Positions 18,438 through 28,642 of a stretch of 64,000 bases of DNA are shown one piece after another. The stretch's first letter is position 1; every line of letters begins with the position of its first letter. Position numbers and translations under genes: made by a program. Origin of the DNA: an uncultured Clostridia bacterium. Lineage in GTDB: Bacteria; Bacillota; Clostridia; TANB77; CAG-508. The stretch covers positions 44 to 64,043 of the forward strand of contig CANRHX010000005.1 of the NCBI GenBank assembly GCA_947630545.1. Reading direction: 5' to 3'. The notes below the pieces were generated by a model that worked only from the letters and a program-made list of their open reading frames with translations, was not told the origin of the DNA and searched no databases.

Positions 18438-19697
18438 ATGTTTAAAAATTCAAGATTATTTAAATTGCTATTGATCATAATAATGGTTTTATATGTTACA
18501 ATACCAACAATCCACGCAGATGATATGAATGAAACTACTGATGAAAAAGATAAAATTGATGAGCAAATAATAGAAACTGTTTCAAACCAAACAGATATAC
18601 CTGATATTAATTCAAGAGCAGCAGTTGTAATAGATAGAAATTCTAATACAATATTATTTGGAAAAAATGAAACTCAGAGAAGAAAAATGGCATCTACAAC
18701 TAAAATTATGACGTGCTTATTAGTTATAGAAAATTGCAATTTAAGTGACACTGTAGAAGTTTCGAAAAAATCTGCTGGAACTGGCGGTTCAAGATTAGGT
18801 TTAAAAACAGGTGATAAAATAACAATTAGAGATTTACTTTATGGGTTAATGTTATGCTCTGGAAACGATACTGCCGTAGCACTTGCTGAACATGTAAGTG
18901 GTAGTGTAGAAAATTTTGCAATTTTAATGAATAAAAGAGCAAAAGAACTTGGGTTAGAAAATACAAATTTTGAAACTCCTCATGGCTTAGATAAAGATAA
19001 TCATTATACAACTGCTTATGAACTTGCTCTACTTGCAAACTATGCATTAAATAATGAAACTTTTTCTAAAATCGTGGGTACAAAATCTCATACAGTTACA
19101 ATTAATGGATATCCTAAAACAATTTCTAATACTAATGAACTACTTGGGAATTTAAATGGTGTTTATGGCATTAAAACTGGTTTTACAAATGGTGCCAATA
19201 GATGTTTAGTAACTGCTTGTAAAAGGGATGATTTAGATATTATTTGTGTTGTTTTAGGAGCCGATACTAAAAATTTAAGAACAAAAGATAGTATAAAGTT
19301 AATAGAGTATACATTCAAAACCTTTAAACCCGTAAGCATAGATGTTCTTATTAATAAAAAATTTGAAGAGTGGAAACAAAATAATTTAGATGATTTTACA
19401 ATAATAAAAGGACAAAATAAAAATCTTAAATTGAAAATTTTACCATTAAAATATAATAAAATTCCTATTAAGAAAGATTTAATTGATAATATAGACATAT
19501 TAATAACTTGTCAAAAAACATTAGAAGCTCCTCTTGCATCGAATTCTAATCTTGGCTCTATTGAAATATTGTCTGACGGTAAAATTGTAGCTTCAACCCA
19601 AATTCTCTTGGATTGTGACATAAATAAAAAAGAAATATTTGATTACTTTTATGAATTTTGGAAATTTCATCTAAACTTATCAAATATAAATATTTAA
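18438..19697 (+). CDS. D-alanyl-D-alanine carboxypeptidase (S11, PBP5-type)
   Basis: Signal/TM N-terminus. SxxK (ASTTK), SxN (SGND) and KTG (KTGFT) motifs in the correct order. AAAGGTGA RBS. Confidence 0.85.
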   Translation: MFKNSRLFKLLLIIIMVLYVTIPTIHADDMNETTDEKDKIDEQIIETVSNQTDIPDINSRAAVVIDRNSNTILFGKNETQRRKMASTTKIMTCLLVIENCNLSDTVEVSKKSAGTGGSRLGLKTGDKITIRDLLYGLMLCSGNDTAVALAEHVSGSVENFAILMNKRAKELGLENTNFETPHGLDKDNHYTTAYELALLANYALNNETFSKIVGTKSHTVTINGYPKTISNTNELLGNLNGVYGIKTGFTNGANRCLVTACKRDDLDIICVVLGADTKNLRTKDSIKLIEYTFKTFKPVSIDVLINKKFEEWKQNNLDDFTIIKGQNKNLKLKILPLKYNKIPIKKDLIDNIDILITCQKTLEAPLASNSNLGSIEILSDGKIVASTQILLDCDINKKEIFDYFYEFWKFHLNLSNINI

Positions 19698-19698
19698 T

Positions 19699-19722
19699 AA
19701 AAACCACCCGTTTTGCGGGTGG
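19699..19722. terminator. Bidirectional terminator between dac-like gene and acpP
   Basis: CCACCCG-ttttg-CGGGTGG hairpin flanked by an A-run (left) and T-rich sequence (right), between convergent genes. Confidence 0.7.
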
Positions 19723-19737
19723 CTATTATTTATCTAA

Positions 19738-19977
19738 TTAAACATTTTCTTTTATGTAGTCAACTACATCTCCAACTGTAACAACTTTTTCAGCATCTGC
19801 ATCTGGAATTTCTATATCAAATTCTTCTTCTAATGCCATTATTAATTCTACTATGTCTAGTGAATCAGCTCCTAAATCATCTATAAAAGATGCTTCCATT
19901 GTAACAGCTGTGTCAGCTACACCTAATTGTTCAACTATTATTCCTTTTACTTTTTCTAATACTTCTTCTGAACTCAT
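19738..19977 (-). CDS. acpP: Acyl carrier protein
   Basis: 79 aa with the [20 protein letters not shown] phosphopantetheine-attachment motif. Confidence 0.95.
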   Translation of the reverse strand: MSSEEVLEKVKGIIVEQLGVADTAVTMEASFIDDLGADSLDIVELIMALEEEFDIEIPDADAEKVVTVGDVVDYIKENV

Positions 19978-20034
19978 AATTTGAGTTCACCTCCTCTCAA
20001 GTTTTCAAATGAAAATATTAAATTTCATATTTCT

Positions 20035-20063
20035 TTTATATTATATGTTTGTATTTTTGTCAA
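20035..20063 (-). promoter_or_regulatory. Sigma-A-type promoter for acpP
   Basis: On the minus strand: TTGACA (20058-20063), 17 nt, TATAAA (20035-20040). Confidence 0.5.
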
Positions 20064-20101
20064 GTATATTTTAAAATTAATTTATTTTTTATACTAATCG
20101 T

Positions 20102-21121
20102 TCAATTTTCTTTTTGAAATTCTTCTATCATTCTAGGAACCGCCTTGTTTTCAACGAATTTTTCTGCCTGTATAATAGTAAATTCAAATAATGTTTCATC
20201 ACTACTTCCATGAGCTTTTACAACTGGTTTTTTTACTCCTAAAAATAATGCTCCACCATAAGATTTGTAATCCATAGCTTTTGAAAGATTATTTATTGGT
20301 TTCTTTGCTATTAAATATGATAATTTTGTAAATATATTTTTTGTAAAACTTTCTGTAAGATTTCTTTTTACTAACTTTCCTATCCCTTCTGTAGTTTTTA
20401 AAAATACATTACCAGTAAATCCATCAGTTACTATTGCATCAATTTTTCCTGAAAATGCATCTCTACCTTCAACATTTCCTACAAAATTTATGCCTAATTC
20501 TTCTGATTTTTCTTTTAATAAATTATAACTTTCTTTTACTAATTCATTTCCTTTTGTTTCTTCTGTACCAATATTTAGTAATCCAATTGCAGGCTTTTCT
20601 ATTCCAAATGTATTTCTTAAATATATTGTAGACATTTGAGCAAATTGCAATAAATTTACTGGCTTGCAATTTGTATTAGATCCAGCATCTATTAATAATA
20701 ATTGACTTTTATATGCTGGTAATATTCCAGCTAAAGCCGGTCTATCTATCCCTTTAATCCTTCCAACTAATAAAGTTGCACCTGTTAGTAATGCCCCAGA
20801 ATTTCCGGCAGAGATAAATACATCTCCTTCATCTTCTTTAAGCATTTTAAATCCTACTACCATTGAAGAATCTTTCTTATGTTTTATGGCTTGAGTTGGT
20901 ATGTCACACATTTCTATTGTCTCTGTAGCATTTTTTATTTTTAATCTATCTGAAATTTCTTCCATTTCTTTTCCATAAAATTCTCTCATTTTATCTCTTA
21001 TTACTTCTTCTTTTCCAACCAATACAATTTCTGCTTTTACTTGATTTACTGCTTTTACTGCACCCTTTATTGTTGCATCTGGTGCATTATCTCCACCCAT
21101 TGCATCTAATACTATTTTCAT
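20102..21121 (-). CDS. plsX: Phosphate acyltransferase PlsX
   Basis: Starts MKIVLDAMGGDNAP. Full-length PlsX-like sequence (GNVEGRD, TDGFTGN). Confidence 0.95.
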   Translation of the reverse strand: MKIVLDAMGGDNAPDATIKGAVKAVNQVKAEIVLVGKEEVIRDKMREFYGKEMEEISDRLKIKNATETIEMCDIPTQAIKHKKDSSMVVGFKMLKEDEGDVFISAGNSGALLTGATLLVGRIKGIDRPALAGILPAYKSQLLLIDAGSNTNCKPVNLLQFAQMSTIYLRNTFGIEKPAIGLLNIGTEETKGNELVKESYNLLKEKSEELGINFVGNVEGRDAFSGKIDAIVTDGFTGNVFLKTTEGIGKLVKRNLTESFTKNIFTKLSYLIAKKPINNLSKAMDYKSYGGALFLGVKKPVVKAHGSSDETLFEFTIIQAEKFVENKAVPRMIEEFQKEN

Positions 21122-21202
21122 TAATTGCCCTCCTATTTTTTGCTTTTTTCAAGTATTTATATTTTATTATTGTTTTTATAAAAAATCAATAGATTATATG
21201 CA

Positions 21203-21239
21203 AAAAATAAAAAAAGATGCTAGCCTAAACTGCATCTTT
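21203..21239 (-). terminator. Intrinsic terminator after tuf
   Basis: Minus-strand AAAGATGC...GCATCTTT hairpin followed by TTTTTTTATTTT. Confidence 0.65.
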
Positions 21240-21249
21240 TTATTAATTA

Positions 21250-22452
21250 TTATTGTAATATATCAGCAACAACTCCAGAACCAACTGTTCTACCACCTTC
21301 ACGAATAGCGAATCTTAATCCTTTTTCTATAGCGATTGGTGTAATTAATTCTATTGTCATTGATACGTTATCTCCTGGCATAACCATTTCTGTTCCAGCA
21401 GGTAATTCAATAACACCTGTAACGTCTGTTGTTCTGAAATAGAATTGTGGTCTGTATCCATTGAAGAATGGTGTATGTCTTCCACCTTCTTCTTTTGTTA
21501 AGATATAAACTTCTGATGTGAATTTTGTATGTGGATTGATTGTTCCTGGTTTGCAAAGAACTTGACCTCTTTCAACATCTTTTCTATCTATACCTCTTAA
21601 TAATGCTCCAGCATTATCTCCAGCTTCTGCTGAATCTAATGATTTTCTGAACATTTCAAGACCTGTAATAACTGTTTTTCTTCTTTCTTCAGTAAGACCG
21701 ATAATTTCAACTTCGTCTTGTAATTTTACTTGTCCTCTTTCTACTCTACCTGTTACAACTGTTCCTCTTCCTGAAATTGTCATAACGTCTTCGATAGGCA
21801 TTAAGAATGGTTGATCAATTGGTCTTTCTGGTGTTGGAATGTAGCTATCAACTGCTTCCATTAATTCTTTCATAGGTGTATATACAGGATCATTAGGATC
21901 TGTAGATGTACTTTCTAATACTTGTAAAGATGAACCTTTAACGATTGGAATATCATCTCCTGGGAAATCATAACTTGATAATAAGTCTCTAACTTCCATT
22001 TCAACTAATTCTAATAATTCTGGATCGTCTACCATATCGCATTTGTTTAGGTAAACAACGATGTATTTAACACCAACTTGTCTTGCTAATAGTATATGTT
22101 CTCTTGTTTGAGGCATTGGACCATCAGCTGCAGATACAACTAGTATTGCACCATCCATTTGTGCAGCACCAGTAATCATGTTTTTAACATAGTCAGCGTG
22201 ACCTGGACAGTCAACGTGAGCATAGTGTCTGTTGTCTGTTTCGTATTCAACGTGAGCTGTGTTAATTGTGATTCCTCTTGCTTTTTCTTCTGGAGCACCA
22301 TCGATTTGATCATATGCTTCATATTGTGCTTTTCCTAATAATGATAAATATTTTGTAATAGCTGCTGTTGTTGTTGTTTTTCCATGGTCTACGTGACCAA
22401 TTGTACCAATGTTAACATGTGGTTTTGTTCTTTCAAATTTTGCTTTTGCCAT
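21250..22452 (-). CDS. tuf: Elongation factor Tu
   Basis: [36 protein letters not shown]. Confidence 0.99.
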   Translation of the reverse strand: MAKAKFERTKPHVNIGTIGHVDHGKTTTTAAITKYLSLLGKAQYEAYDQIDGAPEEKARGITINTAHVEYETDNRHYAHVDCPGHADYVKNMITGAAQMDGAILVVSAADGPMPQTREHILLARQVGVKYIVVYLNKCDMVDDPELLELVEMEVRDLLSSYDFPGDDIPIVKGSSLQVLESTSTDPNDPVYTPMKELMEAVDSYIPTPERPIDQPFLMPIEDVMTISGRGTVVTGRVERGQVKLQDEVEIIGLTEERRKTVITGLEMFRKSLDSAEAGDNAGALLRGIDRKDVERGQVLCKPGTINPHTKFTSEVYILTKEEGGRHTPFFNGYRPQFYFRTTDVTGVIELPAGTEMVMPGDNVSMTIELITPIAIEKGLRFAIREGGRTVGSGVVADILQ

Positions 22453-22580
22453 TTGAATTTTCCTCCTCTTTTTAAGCCTTTCCGGCTATTTTTTTTATAA
22501 ATTTAAAAAGTTAATAACATAATTCGTACTTGCATTTTATACTATTTCTTATAAAAAAGCAAGTGTTTTTAACAATTATT

Positions 22581-24662
22581 TTACTCTGCTTTCTTTCTTG
22601 AAGCAACGATAGCTTCATGAACAGATTTTGGAACTTCCTCATAGTGACTTGGTTCCATAGAGTATGATCCTCTACCTTGTGTTTTTGAACGTAAGTCTGT
22701 AGCATAACCAAACATTTCTGATAATGGTATGAATGCTTTAATTTCTTGCATTCCATCATTTGCTTCCATTCCTTCCAATCTTCCACGTCTAGAGTTAACA
22801 TCTCCAATAACATCTCCCATATATTCTTCTGGAACTGTTATTTCTACTTTCATTATTGGCTCTAAAATAACTGAATTAGCTTGTCTGCATCCTTCTTTGA
22901 ATGCCATAGAAGCTGCTATTTTGAATGCCATTTCTGAAGAGTCAACTTCGTGGTAAGAACCATCAACTAATGAAACTTTGAAATCTATAACTGGGTAACC
23001 AGCAAGAACACCAGTTTCAGCTGCTTCTCTCATACCTTGTTCAATAGGTTTGATATATTCTTTTGGAACAGCTCCACCTACGATTTTGCTTTCAAATTCA
23101 ATTCCTTTACCTGGCTCTAATGGTTCCATTTCAAACCAAACATCACCATATTGTCCTTTACCACCAGATTGACGAATGAATTTACCTTGAACTTTAACTT
23201 TATTTCTAATTGTTTCTTTATAGGCAACTTGTGGCTTACCTACATTACACTCAACTTTGAATTCTCTTTTTAATCTATCAACGATAATGTCTAAGTGTAA
23301 CTCACCCATACCTGCGATGATAGTTTGACCTGTTTCTTGATTTGTATAAGCTTTAAATGTTGGATCTTCTTCAGCTAATTTTCCTAAAGCTATACCCATT
23401 TTTTCTTGAGCTGCTTTATCTTTTGGCTCAATAGCTATATCAATAACTGGCTCTGGGAATTCCATTGATTCTAGAATTATTGGATGTTCTGGATCACATA
23501 AAGTATTTCCAGTTGTAACATCTTTTAATCCTACAGCTGCAGCAATATCTCCAGCATATACTTTTTCAATATCTTCTCTATGATTTGAATGCATTTGAAG
23601 AATTCTTCCAATTCTTTCTTTTTTATCTTTACTTGAATTTAAAACTGTTGAACCAGACTCTAATGTTCCAGAGTAAACTCTGAAGAAACATAATTTTCCA
23701 ACAAATGGGTCTGTAGCAATTTTAAATGCTAATGCTGCAAATGGTTCTGAATCTGAAGTTTTAGCTTCTGTTTCTTCTCCATCTAATGTTTCACCTTTGA
23801 TATGTGGAATATCTAATGGTGATGGCATATAATCAACTACTGCATTTAATAGTTCTTGTACACCTTTGTTTTTGTATGAAGAACCACATGTTACTGGAAC
23901 TATTGTGTTTGCAATTGTACCAGCTCTTAAACCTTTTTTGATTTCTTCTTCTGTTAGTTCTTCACCTTCTAAATATTTCATCATTAATTCTTCGTCTTGT
24001 TCAGCAACAGATTCTACCATTTTGTCATGATATTCTTGTGCTAAATCTTTCATATCATCTGGAATGTCTGTTTCTTCTATTTCTTTTCCTAAATCATCTT
24101 TGTGTAAAAATGCTCTCATTTTAATTAAGTCAACAATTCCTTTGAATTGGTCTTCTGCACCTATTGGTAATTGGATCGGAACAGCATTTGCTTTTAATCT
24201 ATTTTTTAATTGATCTACGCAAAGCATGAAATTTGCTCCTGTTATATCCATTTTATTTACATATACCATTCTTGGAACTTGATATTTATCAGCTTGTCTC
24301 CAAACTGTTTCTGTTTGTGGTTGAACTCCTCCTTTTGCAGCTAAAACTGTTACTGCACCATCTAGAACTCTTAAAGATCTTTGAACTTCAACTGTAAAGT
24401 CAACGTGACCTGGTGTATCTATAATATTAATTCTGTTGTTATTCCAGAAACATGTTGTTGCAGCTGATGTTATTGTTATTCCTCTTTCTTGTTCTTGTTC
24501 CATCCAGTCCATTGTTGCTGCACCTTCGTGAACTTCTCCTATTTTGTGAGTTTTTCCTGTATAGAATAATATTCTCTCTGTTGTTGTTGTTTTACCAGCA
24601 TCAATGTGAGCCATTATTCCTATATTTCTTGTTCTCTCTAAAGGATATTCTCTTCCTGCCAT
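22581..24662 (-). CDS. fusA: Elongation factor G
   Basis: [32 protein letters not shown]. 693 aa. Confidence 0.99.
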   Translation of the reverse strand: MAGREYPLERTRNIGIMAHIDAGKTTTTERILFYTGKTHKIGEVHEGAATMDWMEQEQERGITITSAATTCFWNNNRINIIDTPGHVDFTVEVQRSLRVLDGAVTVLAAKGGVQPQTETVWRQADKYQVPRMVYVNKMDITGANFMLCVDQLKNRLKANAVPIQLPIGAEDQFKGIVDLIKMRAFLHKDDLGKEIEETDIPDDMKDLAQEYHDKMVESVAEQDEELMMKYLEGEELTEEEIKKGLRAGTIANTIVPVTCGSSYKNKGVQELLNAVVDYMPSPLDIPHIKGETLDGEETEAKTSDSEPFAALAFKIATDPFVGKLCFFRVYSGTLESGSTVLNSSKDKKERIGRILQMHSNHREDIEKVYAGDIAAAVGLKDVTTGNTLCDPEHPIILESMEFPEPVIDIAIEPKDKAAQEKMGIALGKLAEEDPTFKAYTNQETGQTIIAGMGELHLDIIVDRLKREFKVECNVGKPQVAYKETIRNKVKVQGKFIRQSGGKGQYGDVWFEMEPLEPGKGIEFESKIVGGAVPKEYIKPIEQGMREAAETGVLAGYPVIDFKVSLVDGSYHEVDSSEMAFKIAASMAFKEGCRQANSVILEPIMKVEITVPEEYMGDVIGDVNSRRGRLEGMEANDGMQEIKAFIPLSEMFGYATDLRSKTQGRGSYSMEPSHYEEVPKSVHEAIVASRKKAE

Positions 24663-24725
24663 TTTATTTATTTCCCCCTTTCGTTTATTGTTAAACGATT
24701 TTATCTTTATTTTTTACTACATTAA

Positions 24726-25196
24726 TTAAAACTTATAGTGTGCGAAAGCCTTATTAGCTTCTGCCATTCTATGTGTATCTTCTTTTTTCTTAAATGCTCC
24801 ACCATTTCCGTTAACAGCATCGATTAATTCTCCGGCTAATTTTTCAGCCATTGTTTTTTCATGTCTTGTTCTAGCATATGTTACTATCCATCTTAAACCT
24901 AAAGTTTGTCTTCTTTCTGGTCTAATTTCTAATGGAACTTGGTATGTAGCACCACCAACTCTTCTTGCTTTAACTTCAAGAACTGGCATTACATTTTCTA
25001 AAGCTGCTTCAAAAACTTCTAAAGGATTTTTTCCTTCTTTTTCTTTTATGATGTCAAATGCATCATATACTATTTTTTGAGCAACTGATTTTTTACCATC
25101 TAACATTATGTTGTTTACTAACTTTGTAACAACTTTGCTATTGTATATTGGATCTGGTAATACATCTCTTTTTGCTATAAATCCTCTTCTTGGCAC
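24726..25196 (-). CDS. rpsG: 30S ribosomal protein S7
   Basis: MPRRG...ILPDPIY...; GTG start. GGAGGGAAG RBS. Confidence 0.98.
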   Translation of the reverse strand: MPRRGFIAKRDVLPDPIYNSKVVTKLVNNIMLDGKKSVAQKIVYDAFDIIKEKEGKNPLEVFEAALENVMPVLEVKARRVGGATYQVPLEIRPERRQTLGLRWIVTYARTRHEKTMAEKLAGELIDAVNGNGGAFKKKEDTHRMAEANKAFAHYKF

Positions 25197-25408
25197 TATT
25201 CTTCCCTCCTTAAATTTTATTTGATGTTTTATTAAAACATCTAGGTACTCTGATAGGCTAACCTATCCGTATAGTGCATATAATATATTCTTAAATTTAA
25301 GTACCTAAATTTTTCGATATAATTACAAGCACTACTTTTAATTTTTTGTTGCTAATTAAAATAAATCTTTAGAACAAAGCAAAAATGGTATATTGCCATT
25401 TGTTCAGA

Positions 25409-25822
25409 TTATTTTTTAGGTCTCTTAGCCCCATACTTAGAACGCGCTTGCATTCTATCTTTAACACCTGCTGTATCTAATGTTCCTCTAATGATATGGT
25501 ATCTAACACCTGGAAGGTCTTTTACCCTACCACCTCTAATTAATACAACACTGTGTTCTTGTAAGTTATGTCCTATACCTGGGATGTAAGATGTAACTTC
25601 ATAACCATTAGAAAGTCTAACTCTGGCAACTTTTCTTAATGCTGAGTTTGGCTTTTTAGGTGTAACTGTTTTTACTACTGTACAAACTCCTCTTTTTTGT
25701 GGGGCTCTGTTATCTGTTAATTTTTTGTTTTTAGAGTTCCACCCATGTTGAAGAGCTGGTGCAGTTGATTTGGTTACTCCTGTTTTTCTTCCTTTTCTTA
25801 CTAATTGATTAATTGTTGGCAC
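25409..25822 (-). CDS. rpsL: 30S ribosomal protein S12
   Basis: [12 protein letters not shown]...[13 protein letters not shown] start after AGGAGGTG. Confidence 0.98.
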   Translation of the reverse strand: MPTINQLVRKGRKTGVTKSTAPALQHGWNSKNKKLTDNRAPQKRGVCTVVKTVTPKKPNSALRKVARVRLSNGYEVTSYIPGIGHNLQEHSVVLIRGGRVKDLPGVRYHIIRGTLDTAGVKDRMQARSKYGAKRPKK

Positions 25823-25977
25823 TTAAATTTCACCTCCTATTTTTTATTATTTTTTTATGTGCTTTTTGCTACATAAAAAATTATAAACCGTTACGGAACT
25901 ACCATTTTATGGCAATTTATCATAACGGTTTATATTGTATCATCTTTTTATGTAGAAGTCAAGATAAAAACAATAAT

Positions 25978-26088
25978 TTATCTTTGTATTTCACTGCGTG
26001 AGTTACTTATATTTATATGGGATTTTTTATGGGATTTTTCATAATAACCCTTTTTTGGTATGGTTTTTTCATATTGCTCACAATTCAT
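25978..26088 (-). CDS. Possible 36-aa basic peptide (not in ORF track)
   Basis: ATG at 26088, 5 nt after a GGAGGG RBS. MNCEQYEKTIPKKGYYEKSHKKSHINISNSRSEIQR, stop at 25978-25980. No homology recognised. Confidence 0.3.
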   Translation of the reverse strand: MNCEQYEKTIPKKGYYEKSHKKSHINISNSRSEIQR

Positions 26089-26215
26089 ACTTTCCCTCCA
26101 TTGTTTGCTTCTTGTTGTTTCCCTTACTTCCGTACTTTCATCAGTACTTTCATTAGTCTTTTCAGTTTTATTTTTTCTTGGAAATATTTTGTTTAATAAT
26201 TTTTTTAAATTATAA

Positions 26216-27103
26216 CTAAGTCCGCCTTTTTTCAGTTCTAAACACGATTAATCCTGGTCCCTCTCTTAATAAATCATAATTTTCTTCGAACTTCAATTTT
26301 ATATCTTTTTTTTCTTCAGTATTTTCAGGACTTGGGAGACTTATATCAGGTATTTCTCTAGGTTCTTTAGGTCCTGGAAATTTTATATCAACAAATTGCG
26401 GTTTTTCTTTAGGCTTTTCAAGACCTGGAAATTTTATATCAATATTAGAGGGTTTTGAATTATTTTCCTTAGTTTTTTCTATATTAGAGGGTTTTGAATT
26501 ATTTTCCTTAGCTTTTTCTATTGCTGATTTTATCTCGTTTAATTTATCTTGCATTTCAGATATTTTTTCATCAATCTTTCGGTTATTTGAATTATTACTT
26601 TCTCTTAAATCTTTTCTAAAATTTTCGCTTCTAGCAATTTCTTCATCTATTTGGGTAATTCTAGAATTATATTCTCCTGCCAATAATTTGGGATTAATAT
26701 TATATTCTTCAATTTCTGTTCTAATATTTTTTAATTCTTCCATTTTTAGTTTATAATCTGTGTATATTATTCTTTTTCTTTTTTCATAAGTTTTTGAAGA
26801 AATTCTCTTTTTTTCTTTATCTTTTTCATTTTTTTGAAGTTGATTTTGAGCTTCTGTTTTAAACCTTTCACTCCAGTCTTCTGAAGTCATATTTCTATTT
26901 AAAACAATATCAAGTTGTAATTCTAAATCTTTTCTCTTTTCTTGTAATCTTCTTTTATTTATTAAACTTTCTTTATAAGTTTTTGTACATTGCAACTTTT
27001 GTCTGCTCATTTTTTTACTTTGTAATTTTTCTTTTTCCATATTTAACTTGTTATATTCTTCTAACAAGTTTTCTACTTCATTTGATTGATTATTATCTTC
27101 CAT
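26216..27103 (-). CDS. Lys/Glu-rich coiled-coil protein with C-terminal short repeats, unknown function
   Basis: 295 aa with no signal peptide and long heptad-like K/E/Q/N stretches. Contains KENNSKPSNI x2 and DIKFPG(L/P)(E)KP x2 repeats. Confidence 0.6.
   Translation of the reverse strand: MEDNNQSNEVENLLEEYNKLNMEKEKLQSKKMSRQKLQCTKTYKESLINKRRLQEKRKDLELQLDIVLNRNMTSEDWSERFKTEAQNQLQKNEKDKEKKRISSKTYEKRKRIIYTDYKLKMEELKNIRTEIEEYNINPKLLAGEYNSRITQIDEEIARSENFRKDLRESNNSNNRKIDEKISEMQDKLNEIKSAIEKAKENNSKPSNIEKTKENNSKPSNIDIKFPGLEKPKEKPQFVDIKFPGPKEPREIPDISLPSPENTEEKKDIKLKFEENYDLLREGPGLIVFRTEKRRT
26442..26519. repeat. 39-bp tandem repeat x2 inside the 295-aa gene
   Basis: atattagagggttttgaattattttccttag(t/c)tttttct at 26442 and 26481. 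Also cctggaaattttatatcaa at 26373 and 26423. Confidence 0.85.
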
Positions 27104-27175
27104 TCTAATCCCCCCCAGTTCTCTTACTTTCTTATTAAAATATCCTAGAAAATAAATCTAGGATATTTTAATATA

Positions 27176-28318
27176 TTAACGTTCTTCATCTTCTTTTTCA
27201 GTTTCTGCATTCTTTTTTTCAGCTTCTTGAATTCTTGTTGGTTGTTCTTCCTTAATTCTGTCTTTAATAAATTTAACATTTTTTAAATCATCTAAATTAT
27301 AATTGCTTGTATCATAACTTTTATATTTAGATTCCCTATCAGCCTTCTCTTTTGCTTCTATTTGAGCTGAAATTGCTGTTTTTTTCTCTTGATTCCATAG
27401 AATTGGATGTCTTAATTTATACCAAAATGATCTTTTTGGCATTTGAGGAACTAATGCATTTTGTGCTTCAGGTTTATAATTTGAAAATCCTGTGAAATTA
27501 ACTTCCATATCTTTTCCTTCTTTTATGATGCCTTCTAATGCAGTTTTATTATTGTTTAAATTTTTTTGTGCTATTTTTGTTTGACTTGCTAATCCTTCTT
27601 CAATTGTCATTCCTATAGGATTTTTATCTATAATACCTTTAAAATCACTATAATTTATAAAACTATTTATAGGTAATTGATTTTTTAATTCATTAAACTT
27701 TGCTTCCATTTTAGTAGCAGCATCTTTGATTTCAGCCTGTGCTTTAATATATTCTGTATTAGTTTTTAAATCAACTTTAGCTAGTTTACAAGCTTTTTTA
27801 ATTTCCTCCATGTGTACTTTTAATTTATTATAATCTTCAACACTTTTCTTTAAATCATCTCTACTTTTATTTTCTTTTGCATCAGCTCCATCTCTTGGTT
27901 TTAGCGCTTCTTCCACATTTTGTATATTATTAATGTCTTTTTGATATTTACCTATATTTTTATCAAATTCTTTACCTTGTGTATATAGTATATATTTTTT
28001 TAAATCTGGTTCACTTTTTATTATAGCATTTATTTCTGCCTTAACTCCTGCATCTTGATTTTTCACGAAGTTCTTTTTTTGATTTACTTCAAACTTTAAC
28101 TGTTCTTTTTCCTCTTCTAAAGTTTCAAGTGCTTTTTCTAATGTCTCTTTCTTTTTAGGGTCTTTTTCTTTTTTTATAGCTACTTTTTGACGATCTATAT
28201 CTTTTTTATTAGCTTTAATTTTTGCATTAAGATCGTCTATTTCCTTCTGAAAATTTTTAACTGCTTTTTCCATTATTTCAATTTTTTTTGTACCATTATT
28301 TAATTCCTCTCCTGTCAT
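27176..28318 (-). CDS. Lys/Glu-rich coiled-coil protein, unknown function
   Basis: 380 aa with no signal peptide or TM. No motif recognised. Its ATG abuts the stop of the upstream 46-aa ORF. Confidence 0.6.
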   Translation of the reverse strand: MTGEELNNGTKKIEIMEKAVKNFQKEIDDLNAKIKANKKDIDRQKVAIKKEKDPKKKETLEKALETLEEEKEQLKFEVNQKKNFVKNQDAGVKAEINAIIKSEPDLKKYILYTQGKEFDKNIGKYQKDINNIQNVEEALKPRDGADAKENKSRDDLKKSVEDYNKLKVHMEEIKKACKLAKVDLKTNTEYIKAQAEIKDAATKMEAKFNELKNQLPINSFINYSDFKGIIDKNPIGMTIEEGLASQTKIAQKNLNNNKTALEGIIKEGKDMEVNFTGFSNYKPEAQNALVPQMPKRSFWYKLRHPILWNQEKKTAISAQIEAKEKADRESKYKSYDTSNYNLDDLKNVKFIKDRIKEEQPTRIQEAEKKNAETEKEDEER

Positions 28319-28459
28319 TTATTTATCCTCCCCTTCATCAATTTCTGATTGCATATCTTCTAATTGCATATCCAAATCTTTTAGTTGAGCACTTAAAATT
28401 GCAAGTTCTTTTAGATTTAATTCTTTTAGATTTTCATTATTAAAAACATTTTCTTCCAT
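28319..28459 (-). CDS. 46-aa acidic coiled-coil ORF, translationally coupled to the 380-aa gene (not in ORF track)
   Basis: AAAGGAGA RBS 8 nt before the ATG (28459). MEENVFNNENLKELNLKELAILSAQLKDLDMQLEDMQSEIDEGEDK. The TAA (28319-28321) is followed directly by the ATG of the next gene. Confidence 0.5.
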   Translation of the reverse strand: MEENVFNNENLKELNLKELAILSAQLKDLDMQLEDMQSEIDEGEDK

Positions 28460-28540
28460 AACAATCTCCTTTCATTTGTTAAAATACCTCTAGTTATTAT
28501 TTTAACATACTTTTCCAATTTATGCAACAATTTTATGTAA

Positions 28541-28569
28541 ATTTTAAGAAAATTTAATACAAATGTCAA
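28541..28569 (-). promoter_or_regulatory. Sigma-A-type promoter of the coiled-coil operon
   Basis: On the minus strand: TTGACA (28564-28569), 17 nt, TAAAAT (28541-28546). Confidence 0.55.
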
Positions 28570-28611
28570 ATTTTAGTAATATTTTGGTAATATTTAGCAT
28601 TTATATATTTT

Positions 28612-28642
28612 AAAAAGAAACTTAGAAATTTTCTAAGCTTCT
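28612..28642 (-). terminator. Hairpin overlapping the trmFO stop codon
   Basis: cttagaaa-t-tttctaag perfect inverted repeat (28621-28637), extended by agaaa/cttct. T-rich tail on the minus strand. Confidence 0.45.

Noticed and set aside
22511-22813. 100-aa minus-strand ORF overlapping the 3' end of fusA, plus similar small ORFs overlapping tuf, fusA, SNF2, pflB and others
   Set aside because: They are alternative-frame ORFs inside highly conserved genes. They lack RBSs and recognisable motifs.
25813-26001. 62-aa plus-strand ORF upstream of rpsL
   Set aside because: It overlaps the rpsL start and RBS on the opposite strand. It has no RBS and a low-complexity hydrophobic sequence.
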